NCBI GenBank assembly: GCA_031414535.1
Contig: JANNVQ010000043.1
Location: forward strand, 1 to 64,000
Direction of reading: 5' to 3'
Length of the DNA: 64,000 nucleotides
DNA from: Gemmatimonas sp.
Lineage (GTDB): Bacteria; Gemmatimonadota; Gemmatimonadetes; Gemmatimonadales; Gemmatimonadaceae
Under the pieces are notes generated by a model, which ran no database searches, was not told where the DNA came from, and saw nothing but the letters and a program-made list of their open reading frames with translations. Numbering within the stretch: position 1 is the first letter of the stretch; each line of letters starts with the position of its first letter. Made by a program: the position numbers and the translations under genes. Positions 28,922-38,499 of the stretch are shown one piece after another.

Positions 28922-29344
28922 ATGCGCATCGTCTCTCTCGCCGCTCTTGCAATTGCAACCCTGTCGCTGGCTTGCGATCTGCAGTCCACTTCGCCCAGAG
29001 ATGCTCGGCAAGCTGTCTTACGCGGATCACCGGTCGCTCCCGGTGGCTTACTGTCGCTTGAGTACACGAACGTCACAGGACTCACGTTCGGCGTGAACCC
29101 CTGCACGCGTGAGTACCAAGAATTCCGCGACGGCGCGTGGGGACCGCTCGTCGGGGAACTGCGAAGCTGCGCCGACGATACGCAGCTTGTGCCCGCAGAC
29201 GCCGTCACCACGCTGCAGATTGACGTGCCAACGTTTCTTACGCCGGGCACATATCGCTTTAGGCTCGCCGCGCAGCCCGTGTCCGCGCCGGTTGATCCCG
29301 CGCTGCATGACATCGTCACGCCATCCTTCGAGGTGCGGGATTGA
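28922..29344 (+). CDS. Ig-like lipoprotein, paralog 4
   Basis: SLAC lipobox, NPC...DGAW...ELRSC and PGTYRF. Confidence 0.7.
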   Translation: MRIVSLAALAIATLSLACDLQSTSPRDARQAVLRGSPVAPGGLLSLEYTNVTGLTFGVNPCTREYQEFRDGAWGPLVGELRSCADDTQLVPADAVTTLQIDVPTFLTPGTYRFRLAAQPVSAPVDPALHDIVTPSFEVRD

Positions 29345-29796
29345 GACTGCCCGACGGCAGGTATCTCCTGGGGTTCGTGGCGCTCCTCACGGCGGTCGGT
29401 TGCTCGTCCTCGACCGAGCCGCCGTTGGGGCCGGTGGACGTTCGCGTCACCGTGGCGAGCGTGTCACCGAATGCACTGTTGCCCGTGCGGCTGCGCACGC
29501 TGGACGGCGGCGATTGGTTTGTGAATCTCTGCGGCTATCGCTTCGAAATCCTGCGAGACGGTGAGTGGTGGCGCCCGACCCCACTGCCGCCGGCGTGCAG
29601 CGAGCAGCCGAATGTCGCGTCGCAGGCAGGCGAGGGGACGTTGCTGGAAGTCAGGGTACCGGAGAACTACCCGCCCGCCACGTACCGGATCGTCTTCGTG
29701 GTGAACCCCGGCGGGCCGATGGATAAGGCCCTGCGGCCGCTCGCGGAGCAAGTGCTCGTGGGCTCCAACCGGTTCACCGTCCTCCCCCTGTTCTAG
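29341..29796 (+). CDS. Ig-like lipoprotein, paralog 5
   Basis: AVGC lipobox, SSTEP, WFVNLC, PATYRI and SNRF. Confidence 0.7.
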   Translation: MRLPDGRYLLGFVALLTAVGCSSSTEPPLGPVDVRVTVASVSPNALLPVRLRTLDGGDWFVNLCGYRFEILRDGEWWRPTPLPPACSEQPNVASQAGEGTLLEVRVPENYPPATYRIVFVVNPGGPMDKALRPLAEQVLVGSNRFTVLPLF

Positions 29797-29861
29797 GCCC
29801 CGAAGACGGGACATTTTGACCCTTGGAGGACGGCCCCTAAGCCGTTATCCTTCAAGGCTCT

Positions 29862-31160
29862 ATGTTCACTGAACTCTCCGAGAAACTGGAAGCCACGTTC
29901 GCGCGCTTGCGCGGACGCGGTGTCCTGACCGAAGCCGACATCAAGGAGGGCCTGCGCGAAGTGCGTCGGGTCCTGCTCGAAGCCGACGTGTCGTTCCAGT
30001 TGACGGGAGAGTTCCTGGCACGAGTGGAGAAGCGCGCTGTCGGTGTGGCGCAGCTCAAGACCATCGCGCCGGCGCAGCAACTCGTGAAGATCGTGTACGA
30101 CGAACTCACGACGATGCTGGGTGAGCGGAAGGAAGGCCTCAAGCTCTCCTCCGTGCCGCCCACAGTCGTGCTGATGGTCGGCTTGCAGGGGTCGGGTAAG
30201 ACGACCACTGCCGCCAAGCTCGCACGCAAGCTCAAGCTCGAAGGCAAGGCTACGCGCCTCGTCGCGGCGGACGTGTACCGCCCGGCGGCAATCGACCAGC
30301 TCGAGACGCTGGGCCGCGACCTTGGCGTGCCGGTCTACGCCGATCGCAGCACCACGGACGTGGTGAAGATCGTGAAGGCTGGCATTGAGCAGGCCAAGAG
30401 GGAGCGCGATCGGGTGGTCATTCTCGACACCGCCGGCCGCCTGCAGATTGACGATGAGATGATGAACGAACTGCGCCGCGTGAAGGACGCGGTGCAGCCG
30501 GATGAGATCCTGCTCGTTGCCGACGGCATGACCGGTCAGGACGCCGTGCGCATCGCGCAGGGCTTCGACCAGGCCCTCGGCGTCACCGGCGTGAGTCTCA
30601 CCAAGTTGGATGGCGACGCCCGCGGTGGTGCCGCGCTCTCCATCTACGGCGTCACCAAGAAGCCTATCAAGTACATCGGCGTCGGCGAGAAGCCCGACGC
30701 GCTCGAAGAGTTTCATCCGGATCGTATGGCCGGCCGCATTCTCCAACAGGGTGACGTCCTCACCCTCGTGGAGAAGGCCCAGGCGACGTTCGATCAGGAC
30801 GAAGCCAAGCGGATGGAGAAGAAGATCAAGAAGGAGGGCATGGACCTCCAGGACTTCCTCTCGGCGATGAAACAGATGGAAAAGCTCGGCAGCATGCAGA
30901 ACATCTTGAAGATGTTGCCTGGCGTGAACAGCAAGATGATGGCGCAGGCCAGCAAGGTGGACCCCAAGCGGATGAAGCACCTTGAGGCGATTGTGCTGTC
31001 GATGACGACTGAGGAACGGAAGAAGCCGGAGCTGATCAACGGCTCGCGCCGAGCCAGAGTCGCGAAGGGATCAGGAAGGCCGGTGAGTGAAGTGAATCGT
31101 CTCCTTGAGCAGTTTAGGGAGATGCAGAAGATGATGAAGAGGATGGCAGCAAAGCGTTAA
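29862..31160 (+). CDS. ffh: Signal recognition particle protein
   Basis: GLQGSGKTT, DTAGR, TKLDGDARGG and a Met-rich M domain. Confidence 0.97.
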   Translation: MFTELSEKLEATFARLRGRGVLTEADIKEGLREVRRVLLEADVSFQLTGEFLARVEKRAVGVAQLKTIAPAQQLVKIVYDELTTMLGERKEGLKLSSVPPTVVLMVGLQGSGKTTTAAKLARKLKLEGKATRLVAADVYRPAAIDQLETLGRDLGVPVYADRSTTDVVKIVKAGIEQAKRERDRVVILDTAGRLQIDDEMMNELRRVKDAVQPDEILLVADGMTGQDAVRIAQGFDQALGVTGVSLTKLDGDARGGAALSIYGVTKKPIKYIGVGEKPDALEEFHPDRMAGRILQQGDVLTLVEKAQATFDQDEAKRMEKKIKKEGMDLQDFLSAMKQMEKLGSMQNILKMLPGVNSKMMAQASKVDPKRMKHLEAIVLSMTTEERKKPELINGSRRARVAKGSGRPVSEVNRLLEQFREMQKMMKRMAAKR

Positions 31161-31162
31161 GT

Positions 31163-31208
31163 GGACGGATGACGAATGCCAACCGCAGTTAGCTTCCGTC
31201 ATCCGTCC
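31163..31208. repeat. GACGGAT heptamer-repeat hairpin after ffh
   Basis: GGACGGATGACG pairs with CGTCATCCGTCC. Confidence 0.65.
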
Positions 31209-31295
31209 TGTATGACCCGAGTGCGCCCCGGAAACTCCGGGGATCGCGATGAGCTCGGCGCAGCACCCGTAACCAGTAGACCCGAGGATTCACAG

Positions 31296-31601
31296 ATGGC
31301 CGTTCGTATTCGTCTCCGCCGCCAGGGCCGCAAGAAGGCCCCCACGTATCGCATTGTTGTCGCCGACGGCCGCTCGCCGCGCGATGGCAAGTTCATCGAA
31401 ATCCTCGGGCAGTACGCGCCGCGGTCCGGTGAGCAGGCGATCCAGCTCAACGCCGAGCGCGCCAACTACTGGCTCGACAACGGCGCGCAGCCGTCCGACA
31501 CGGTGCGCTCGCTGCTCCGTAAGGCCGGCGTGCTCAAGGCCCGTCACGAGACCCGTCTCGCCACGAAGCTCGCGGCGAACGCTGTCCCGGTGAAGGAGTA
31601 A
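31296..31601 (+). CDS. rpsP: 30S ribosomal protein S16
   Basis: MAVRIRLRRQGRKK...SPRDGKFIE and GAQPSDTV. Confidence 0.97.
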   Translation: MAVRIRLRRQGRKKAPTYRIVVADGRSPRDGKFIEILGQYAPRSGEQAIQLNAERANYWLDNGAQPSDTVRSLLRKAGVLKARHETRLATKLAANAVPVKE

Positions 31602-31609
31602 GCCACATC

Positions 31610-32158
31610 GTGATCCCCGAGTGCGCGGCAGTTGGGCGGATTAGACGCCCGCACGGCGTTCGGGGTGAGTTGGCGATGGAAGCATTGACCGACGAGCCAG
31701 AGGCGATTTTCGCCTCTGGCCGTCGTGTTTTTCAGGGGACGCACGAAGGGGCGCTGTTCCTCGATGCACGCACGAAGCAACCGCGCGAACTCATCGTGAA
31801 GTCGCTGCGGCCGGTGAAGGACGGCTGGTTAATCACGCTCGATGTCGTTGCAGATCGCACCGAGGCGGAGAAGTGGAATGGCCGCCACTTGATGGTGCCC
31901 GTGGAAGAACTCTCGGCGCCGGATGATGGCGAGGTCTTCGCGCATGAGCTCGTCGGTATGCAGTTGCTCGACGCCGAGACCGACGCCCCGCTCGGCGAGG
32001 TTGTGGAGTTCTACGAGTTGCCGCAGGGCCTGCTGCTTGAGTTCAAGACGGCCAGCGGCCTCGCAAGCCTCCCCTTCGTAGAGGAGTTTGTAGAGGACGT
32101 GGACCGGGACGCTCGAGTCATTCGCGTGCGCCTGCCAGACGGATTGCTGGAGACCTGA
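31610..32158 (+). CDS. rimM: 16S rRNA processing protein RimM
   Basis: VGRIRRPHGVRGE, DRTEAE and LPFV; conserved synteny. Confidence 0.92.
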   Translation: MIPECAAVGRIRRPHGVRGELAMEALTDEPEAIFASGRRVFQGTHEGALFLDARTKQPRELIVKSLRPVKDGWLITLDVVADRTEAEKWNGRHLMVPVEELSAPDDGEVFAHELVGMQLLDAETDAPLGEVVEFYELPQGLLLEFKTASGLASLPFVEEFVEDVDRDARVIRVRLPDGLLET

Positions 32159-32814
32159 TGCTCACCGTTAATCTCATCAGCATCTTTCCGGAGTTCTTCG
32201 CCGGACCACTTAGCCTGAGCATCCCTAAGCGGGCCGCCGAGGCGGGTCTGGTGCAATACAACTGCGTGGACCTTCGCGCCTTCGCCACCGACAAGCACAA
32301 AACGGTGGACGATGCTCCTTTTGGGGGTGGCCCCGGCATGGTGATGAAGCCGGCGCCATTCTTTGACGCCGTGGAGAGTGTCGGGGCCAAGTCGCCAATC
32401 GTCCTCCTGTCTCCGCGCGGCAAAGTGTTCAGCCACGCGGACGCGGTGCGATTCGCCGAGGGTACCGAGCTGACCTTGCTCTGCGGTCACTACAAAGACG
32501 TTGACCAGCGTGTGGCTGACCACTTGGCCACCGAGGAGATCTCGCTGGGCGACTTCGTGCTGAGCGGGGGCGAGCCGGCCGCGCTGGCCATCGTGGACGC
32601 GGTGGTTCGGCTGCTCCCCGGGGCTATGAGTGACATCGAATCGGCCCGCACGGACTCTTTTTTCGATCGTGGCCTTTCCGCACCCAGCTATACGCGGCCC
32701 GCAGAGTACCGCGGGCATAAGGTGCCAGACGTCCTCCTCTCGGGAAACCACGCCGAAATTGACCGCTGGCGCCGCGAGGAAGGGGAGCGGCTGACCAGAG
32801 ACCGGCGAGGCTGA
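32158..32814 (+). CDS. trmD: tRNA (guanine37-N1)-methyltransferase
   Basis: VDDAPFGGGPGMVMK, SLGDFVLSGGE and LLSGNHA. Confidence 0.96.
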   Translation: MLTVNLISIFPEFFAGPLSLSIPKRAAEAGLVQYNCVDLRAFATDKHKTVDDAPFGGGPGMVMKPAPFFDAVESVGAKSPIVLLSPRGKVFSHADAVRFAEGTELTLLCGHYKDVDQRVADHLATEEISLGDFVLSGGEPAALAIVDAVVRLLPGAMSDIESARTDSFFDRGLSAPSYTRPAEYRGHKVPDVLLSGNHAEIDRWRREEGERLTRDRRG

Positions 32815-32937
32815 GCCCGGACGCAGTCATAGGCGATGTGGGTGGGTCAGTCCCCGTTGCGCAAGCTCAAACCCGGCAGTAGCTTACAAGGCTCAACACT
32901 GCCACCTCAGCGGGCCGCTTTGCGCCCGGAGTCGTAT

Positions 32938-33315
32938 ATGCACGCTTTCTCCGAAACTCAGAAGGAATACCTCAAGGTCGTTCCCCCTTTCCGTGCCGGC
33001 GACACGCTCCGCGTGAACGTCCGAGTCAAGGAAGGCGAGAAGGAACGTCTTCAGGCGTTTGAAGGCGTCTGCATCGCCCGCAAGGGCGCGGGCGTCGGTG
33101 CCACCTTCGCGGTGCGCAAGATCTCCAATGGCGTCGGCGTCGAGCGCATTTTCCCGCTCCACTCGCCGATGCTGGCCGAGATCAAGGTTGTGCGCCGTGG
33201 CCGCGTGCGTCGTGCCAAGCTCTTCTATCTCCGCAACGTGACCGGTAAGGCCGCACGTATCGCCGAGAAGAAGGTGCGCGTGGTTGTGCCGGCGACCGGC
33301 GAGGCTAAGGCGTAA
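32938..33315 (+). CDS. rplS: 50S ribosomal protein L19
   Basis: FRAGDT, RLQAFEG, GVERIFP and [10 protein letters not shown]. Confidence 0.97.
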   Translation: MHAFSETQKEYLKVVPPFRAGDTLRVNVRVKEGEKERLQAFEGVCIARKGAGVGATFAVRKISNGVGVERIFPLHSPMLAEIKVVRRGRVRRAKLFYLRNVTGKAARIAEKKVRVVVPATGEAKA

Positions 33316-33320
33316 GGCGA

Positions 33321-33932
33321 ATGGCTCGCGGCTGGGGCGCCATTGAGCGTTCGCTGTTGGCCGCAGGGGCTCGGTACATCGCTGGAGTAGATGAAGTAGG
33401 ACGGGGCCCGCTTGCGGGCCCCGTTGTTGTTTGTGCCGTGATCATGCCGGCGGATCGGCCAGCTATCCCTGGCGTCACCGATTCCAAGAAGCTCAAGCCC
33501 GCGGAACGCGAGCGCCTGGCGGCTCGCATTCAAGCGGAAGCGGTCGCCATCGCCTTGGCGGCCTCCAGCGTGAGGGAAATTGCGCGTTGGAACATCTACC
33601 AAGCCAATGCACGGGCGATGGCGCGGGCGCTGGCCAAGCTCGCCGTGCGTCCAGACGAGGTGCTCGTGGATGGCAAGCCAATCAAGACGCTTGGGGTACC
33701 GCATCAGGCTGTCGTGGGTGGTGACGGAAAGTGTTACTCGATTGGCTGCGCGAGCATCGTGGCCAAGGTCGTGCGTGATCGGCTGATGCAGCGGCTCGAC
33801 GCGCGATACCCGGGATACTTTTGGGCGCGCAACGCGGGCTACGGGACGGCCGCGCACATCGAGGCGCTCCGGGAGCAGGGCCTGAGTCCACACCATCGCG
33901 CGAGCTTCTGCGCTACGGCCTTAAGCGGCTGA
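33321..33932 (+). CDS. rnhB: Ribonuclease HII
   Basis: GVDEVGRGPLAGPV, DSKKL and ASIVAKVVRD. Confidence 0.95.
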   Translation: MARGWGAIERSLLAAGARYIAGVDEVGRGPLAGPVVVCAVIMPADRPAIPGVTDSKKLKPAERERLAARIQAEAVAIALAASSVREIARWNIYQANARAMARALAKLAVRPDEVLVDGKPIKTLGVPHQAVVGGDGKCYSIGCASIVAKVVRDRLMQRLDARYPGYFWARNAGYGTAAHIEALREQGLSPHHRASFCATALSG

Positions 33933-34019
33933 CGCATTTGGGCTGCTGAGCCAGGTGGGCCGCTGACGCACTCGCGTGCGGAGCGTTTCACTCCTGATCG
34001 AGCTTCGGTATGTTTGGGC

Positions 34020-35498
34020 GTGCACGAAACCGCCCTCAGCACAACGGACCCAGTCTCTCAGCTCATCGTCGCGGCGCTGCTCGTTGCGCTGTTCGGTGCG
34101 CTCGCGCTCGAAAAGGCGCACCGCGTGCTCGTGGTGCTCTGCGCGGTTTCCCTCCTCTGGGCTATCACCTACCTCACGCCCTACCATTTGCTGCCGGTGG
34201 AGGCGGCGATGGCTCACATCGACTTGAACGTGCTGCTCCTCCTCGCCGCCATGATGGCATTGGTGGGCGTGCTCAAGGAAACGGGCGTATTCGGTTGGGC
34301 GGTGGAACGTTTGCTCGAACGCTTTGGGCACAATCCGGCGCGCGCCATCGCCGTGCTCTGGTGGTTCACGGCCATCGCCTCGGCGTTTCTCGACAACGTC
34401 ACGACGGTAATCTTCGTGACGCCGATTGCTCTGGCCACGACACGGCGTATCGGTGCGCCTCCGGCGTATGTACTCCTCCCGGTCATTATGGCGGCCAACA
34501 TCGGCGGAACGGCGACGCTGATTGGCGACCCGCCGAACATTATGATCGGTTCAGGTGCCGGGCTCACATTCATGGACTTCATCGAGGAGCTCGCGCTCCC
34601 AGTGATTGTGATGATGTGCGGCTTGCATGTCTGGGCCGTGGGTCGTCTGCGGACGGTGATGGGCGCGCGCGCGAATCTGCCTGCGCAGGCTGATGAACCT
34701 GGCGACGGTCCACAGATTGTTGATCCAGGTTTGCTGCGTTGGCTTGGTGTCATCTGTGGCTTCGTGCTGCTGGGCTTCGTGACGCACGGCGCCACGGGCA
34801 TGCCCACGGCGGTGCCGGCGCTCATTGGTGCAGCCGTGGCTCTCGTGGTGCAGGACCTTCGCTACCTGCGCACGAACCAACCCACGCATGAGGAGCGCAC
34901 GCACGGGATTCTCCACGTGTTGGAGAAGGAAGTGGAGTGGCCGACGCTGACCTTCTTTGCCCTCTTATTCATTTTGGTGGGGGCGGCGGTGAGCACGGGA
35001 CTCACGGCGACGCTCGCGGAAGCGCTGGAGCGGGCGATTCTCGTCGGCCGAAGCAGCTTCGGCTTGGGCGATGCGGGCACCTTGTTGTTTGCAGCTATTC
35101 TCGTGGCTTGGGTGTCCGCAACACTCTCCGCGGTGATGGACAATATCCCCTTCGTAGCTGTGAGCATCCCGATCATCGGCGCCTTGATTCCGCAGCTGCC
35201 AGGCGAGAGCATCGTGCTCTGGTGGGCGCTGGCGCTCGGGGCCTGTCTTGGCGGCAATGCCACGCCCATCGGTGCCTCTGCGAACGTGACGACGCTGGGG
35301 CTCGCGGAGCGTGCGGGCGTTCGCATCAGCTTTGGCGAGTTCATGCGTACTGGTGTGCCGGTGGCCGTGTTCACATTGGTCGTGTCATCCGTGTACCTCG
35401 CGGGCTATGTGATGCTCGGTGGCCATCGCGTGCCGTTTGTGATGGGTGCCATGGGGGTGCTCGGTTTGCTCTTGGTTTGGCGGGCGGAGCGCGCGTGA
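34020..35498 (+). CDS. ArsB/NhaD (SLC13-like) anion permease
   Basis: SAFLDNVTT, ANIGGTATLIGDPPN, DNIP and GGNATPIGASAN; start may be TTG 34014 or GTG 34020. Confidence 0.85.
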   Translation: MHETALSTTDPVSQLIVAALLVALFGALALEKAHRVLVVLCAVSLLWAITYLTPYHLLPVEAAMAHIDLNVLLLLAAMMALVGVLKETGVFGWAVERLLERFGHNPARAIAVLWWFTAIASAFLDNVTTVIFVTPIALATTRRIGAPPAYVLLPVIMAANIGGTATLIGDPPNIMIGSGAGLTFMDFIEELALPVIVMMCGLHVWAVGRLRTVMGARANLPAQADEPGDGPQIVDPGLLRWLGVICGFVLLGFVTHGATGMPTAVPALIGAAVALVVQDLRYLRTNQPTHEERTHGILHVLEKEVEWPTLTFFALLFILVGAAVSTGLTATLAEALERAILVGRSSFGLGDAGTLLFAAILVAWVSATLSAVMDNIPFVAVSIPIIGALIPQLPGESIVLWWALALGACLGGNATPIGASANVTTLGLAERAGVRISFGEFMRTGVPVAVFTLVVSSVYLAGYVMLGGHRVPFVMGAMGVLGLLLVWRAERA

Positions 35499-36334
35499 GG
35501 GTGTTCCAGCTGAGAGAGCCCTCGGCCGCGCCAATCCCGCTCCTCGTCGATTCACCCCACAGCGGATTGGATATGCCGCCGGACTTTGGTAGCGCGGCTT
35601 CGGTGGAGGCCCTGCGCTCGACCTGGGATGCGTTCGTGGACGAGCTCTGGGGCGATGCGCCAGCACTTGGCGCGGCGCTGATTGCTGCGGATTTTCCACG
35701 CGCCTACGTAGACGTGAACCGGCGCGAGGATGACATCGACGAGTCTTTGCTGAGCGAGCCATGGCCTACGCCGCTCACGCCCACGGACTACACGCGCCGA
35801 GGCATGGGCTTGATCCGGCGCGAGGCGTTGCCTGGCGTGGCGATGTATGCGCGTCAGCTTGGCGTAGATGAAGTACAGAGAAGAATCACGCGCTACTACC
35901 GCCCGTATCGAGAAGCAGTCGCGGAGCGAATCTCCACGCTGCGCCGCGTGGACGCCCAGGTGTTTTACATTGACGCGCACTCGATGAAGTCGCGCGGCAA
36001 TGCGATGAACGTGGACGCCGGTGCCCTGCGCCCGGATGTCGTGGTGAGTGATCGGCACGGCACGACGGCCAATGCACGGCACACGCAATTCGTGGCAGAG
36101 TGTTTTCGCGGGCAAGGGTTCACCGTGCAGGTGAATGACCCGTACCAAGGCGGTGATCTCGTGCGCAGCTTTGGCGCACCAGCAGGCGGTGTGCACGCAA
36201 TCCAAGTGGAACTCAATCGCGCCTTGTATATGGACGAGGCACAGTTCACGCGCGGCGCCGACTTTGCCCGCGTACGGTCGGCCTGCGCTTCCTGCATGCG
36301 GGCGGTTGGCGAGTACGCGCGGACACTGACGTGA
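35495..36334 (+). CDS. N-formylglutamate amidohydrolase family protein
   Basis: DSPHSG, RAYVDVNR, DAHSM, NDPYQGG and HAIQVELNR. Confidence 0.88.
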   Translation: MRVFQLREPSAAPIPLLVDSPHSGLDMPPDFGSAASVEALRSTWDAFVDELWGDAPALGAALIAADFPRAYVDVNRREDDIDESLLSEPWPTPLTPTDYTRRGMGLIRREALPGVAMYARQLGVDEVQRRITRYYRPYREAVAERISTLRRVDAQVFYIDAHSMKSRGNAMNVDAGALRPDVVVSDRHGTTANARHTQFVAECFRGQGFTVQVNDPYQGGDLVRSFGAPAGGVHAIQVELNRALYMDEAQFTRGADFARVRSACASCMRAVGEYARTLT

Positions 36335-37875
36335 ACGCGGCAGCCGGCGCAGGGAACGCAGACGCTCGCGGATGGTTGGCGCGCTCACTGGATGTGGTTG
36401 AGCGCGTGGGCAATCGCCTTCCACATCCAGCCAGCCTGTTTGTGGTGCTATCGCTGCTCGTAGTGTTGGCGTCCTGGCTTGCAACGCTGCTCGGCTGGAG
36501 CGTCGCACACCCCACGACCGGCGAGGCAGTCGGGGCCACGAATCTGCTTTCGCTCGATGGACTGCGTCGGCTGATTGTGGGGCTCGTGCCCAACTTCCTC
36601 AATTTTGGGCCGTTTGGGCCGGTGCTGGTGTGTTTGTTGGGATTGTCGGTGGCGGAGCACGCGGGACTCTTGGGTGCGGTGGTGCGTGTGGCAGTGGAGG
36701 CCACGCCGAGGCGCTTCCTCACCGCAGCCATCGTATTCACTGGTGCGATGTCGCACACGGCTGGCGACGTGGGTTACGTGCTGTTGCTTCCGCTTTCTGC
36801 GGCGCTCTTTCACACAGTTGGGCGCCATCCCATCGCCGGACTGGCCGCGGCCTACGCAGGCGTGTCAGGTGGATTCGCCGCCAATGCCTTGCTCTCGCCG
36901 ACTGACGTGACGCTCGCGGGCATCACGCAGGAAGCTGCGCGCATCGTTGATGCCGCGTACGTGGTCACGCCGATGGCGAGCTACTACTTTCTCGCCGCAT
37001 CTGTGTTGCTCGTGACGCTCACGGGTGCGCTGGTGACGGAGCGCATCGTGGAGCCGCGCCTCGGGGCCTACCGCGGAAGCGCGGTGCCCGAGGCTGCGGT
37101 ACCGCTCACGGCGGCTGAACGGTCCGGATTGCGCTGGGCCTTTGCGGCGTTCATTGCGCTCGTGGGTTTGCTGGCGCTTGGACTCTGGCCGCGCGCTGGA
37201 TTCCTGCTCGACCCCGAGCGCACAGGCTTTCTTGACTCGTATGTCGTGCGTGGACTGGTGTTCTGGATCTTCGTGTTTGGACTCGTCCCTGGACTCGTCT
37301 ACGGCATCGTGGCAGGTACGATTCGCCGCGACCGCGACGTCTACTCAGGAATGACCAAGAACATGGAACTCGTCGCCGGGTACGTGGTGGCGGTGTTCTT
37401 CATTGCGCAGTTCGTGAATCTCTTCGCGTGGAGTGGGCTGGGCGTCCTCGCCGCGGTGAAGGGCGCGGCGTTTCTGCAGTCGCTCGGGCTCGGGGTGATT
37501 CCCCTTATGGTGGGCCTCGTGTTGCTCACCGCGGCCATTGACCTCGTGATGGGTTCGGCGTCTGCCAAGTGGGCCATACTCGGTACGGTGATGGTGCCGA
37601 TGTTCATGCTGCTGGGATACAGTCCTGAGCTCACACAGACGGCGTACCGGGTGGGAGATTCGCTCACCAACATCATCACGCCGCTCTCGTCCAACTTCCC
37701 GCTGGTCCTGTTGTTTTTTCAGCGGTACGACGAGAAGGCCGGCATCGGCACGTTGTCGGCGACGATGCTGCCGTACACCGTCGTCAATATGGTGGTGTGG
37801 ACCTTTTTCCTCGCGGTCTGGGTTGGACTCGGGTGGCCGACGGGGCCGGGGGCCTCGCTCTTCGTCGGGCGCTAA
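36331..37875 (+). CDS. abgT: AbgT family transporter
   Basis: VERVGNRLPHP, GRHPIAG, GSASAKWA and AYRVGDS. Confidence 0.9.
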   Translation: MNAAAGAGNADARGWLARSLDVVERVGNRLPHPASLFVVLSLLVVLASWLATLLGWSVAHPTTGEAVGATNLLSLDGLRRLIVGLVPNFLNFGPFGPVLVCLLGLSVAEHAGLLGAVVRVAVEATPRRFLTAAIVFTGAMSHTAGDVGYVLLLPLSAALFHTVGRHPIAGLAAAYAGVSGGFAANALLSPTDVTLAGITQEAARIVDAAYVVTPMASYYFLAASVLLVTLTGALVTERIVEPRLGAYRGSAVPEAAVPLTAAERSGLRWAFAAFIALVGLLALGLWPRAGFLLDPERTGFLDSYVVRGLVFWIFVFGLVPGLVYGIVAGTIRRDRDVYSGMTKNMELVAGYVVAVFFIAQFVNLFAWSGLGVLAAVKGAAFLQSLGLGVIPLMVGLVLLTAAIDLVMGSASAKWAILGTVMVPMFMLLGYSPELTQTAYRVGDSLTNIITPLSSNFPLVLLFFQRYDEKAGIGTLSATMLPYTVVNMVVWTFFLAVWVGLGWPTGPGASLFVGR

Positions 37876-37940
37876 CTGGCAGAGGAACTCGGGGCGCCAG
37901 GTGACTAGATTTCTCCGCTGGATGAGCCTCGGCTCGCCTT

Positions 37941-38013
37941 GACCCGGTAGCTCAGTCGGTAGAGCATCGGACTTTTAATCCGCAGGTCGTGGGTTCGATC
38001 CCCACCCGGGTCA
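37941..38013 (+). tRNA. tRNA-Lys (TTT), CCA not encoded
   Basis: Acceptor stem GACCCGG/CCGGGTC, D-arm GCTCAGTCGGTAGAGC, anticodon loop CTTTTAA, T-arm GGTTCGATCC. Confidence 0.93.
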
Positions 38014-38024
38014 TTCTGCTCCTC

Positions 38025-38054
38025 TTGCGAACTTATACCCCCTAGGGGTATCCT
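38025..38054 (+). promoter_or_regulatory. Sigma70-like promoter (TTGCGA-N18-TATCCT) overlapped by a CsoR/RicR-type operator ATACCCCCTAGGGGTAT (38035-38051)
   Basis: C-tract/G-tract pseudo-palindrome with ATAC/GTAT ends; -10 lies 6 nt before the ATG. Confidence 0.75.
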
Positions 38055-38060
38055 ACATCC

Positions 38061-38402
38061 ATGTCGCTTCGATCTCTCCGTGTTGTGGCTGCCCTGTTTG
38101 CGGCGGTCGGGCTCCTCGCCCGTCCGGCGCGAGCTGTGGTTGTCTGCCCCATGGAAACGGCGGTGGTCGCTGAGGCCGCCGGGCTGGACGAGCACGCACA
38201 TCACAGCGAAGATGCGCCGGGTGAGACGCCAGAGCATGAGGTCTGCCCTGATCTCGCGCACTGTACAGTTGCGGCTCCGGTCTCGGCGCCCGAGTTGGGT
38301 AGTGCTGCGGAGAGCCTCAGCGATCAACGTGTCCTCGGGGCGCTGGACCGTCCCACCAGCGCCGTCACCAGCGTAGAGCCGCCTCCTCCAAAGCAGAGCT
38401 GA
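38061..38402 (+). CDS. Small secreted Cys/His protein with a C-terminal polyproline (DUF2946/CruR/CutF-like architecture)
   Basis: Signal peptide ending ARA, then CPM, HAHH, CPDLAHC and EPPPPKQS. Confidence 0.7.
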   Translation: MSLRSLRVVAALFAAVGLLARPARAVVVCPMETAVVAEAAGLDEHAHHSEDAPGETPEHEVCPDLAHCTVAAPVSAPELGSAAESLSDQRVLGALDRPTSAVTSVEPPPPKQS

Positions 38403-38499
38403 CTTTTAGCGCCCCCGCGCGGGCGCCTCGTCACGCCTGTCAGGGCCTGCCGCATTCCGCGCGGGTCACTGACGGGGTCACTCTCAAGAGGCAGTATCC

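Noticed and set aside
31209..31295. SRP RNA or other ncRNA between ffh and rpsP
   Set aside because: A hairpin is present but the SRP domain IV CAGG/AGCAG internal loop is not; at most a structured leader
34020..35498. Arsenite pump ArsB
   Set aside because: The motifs place it only in the broad ArsB/NhaD/SLC13 superfamily, and there are no ars genes or operator nearby
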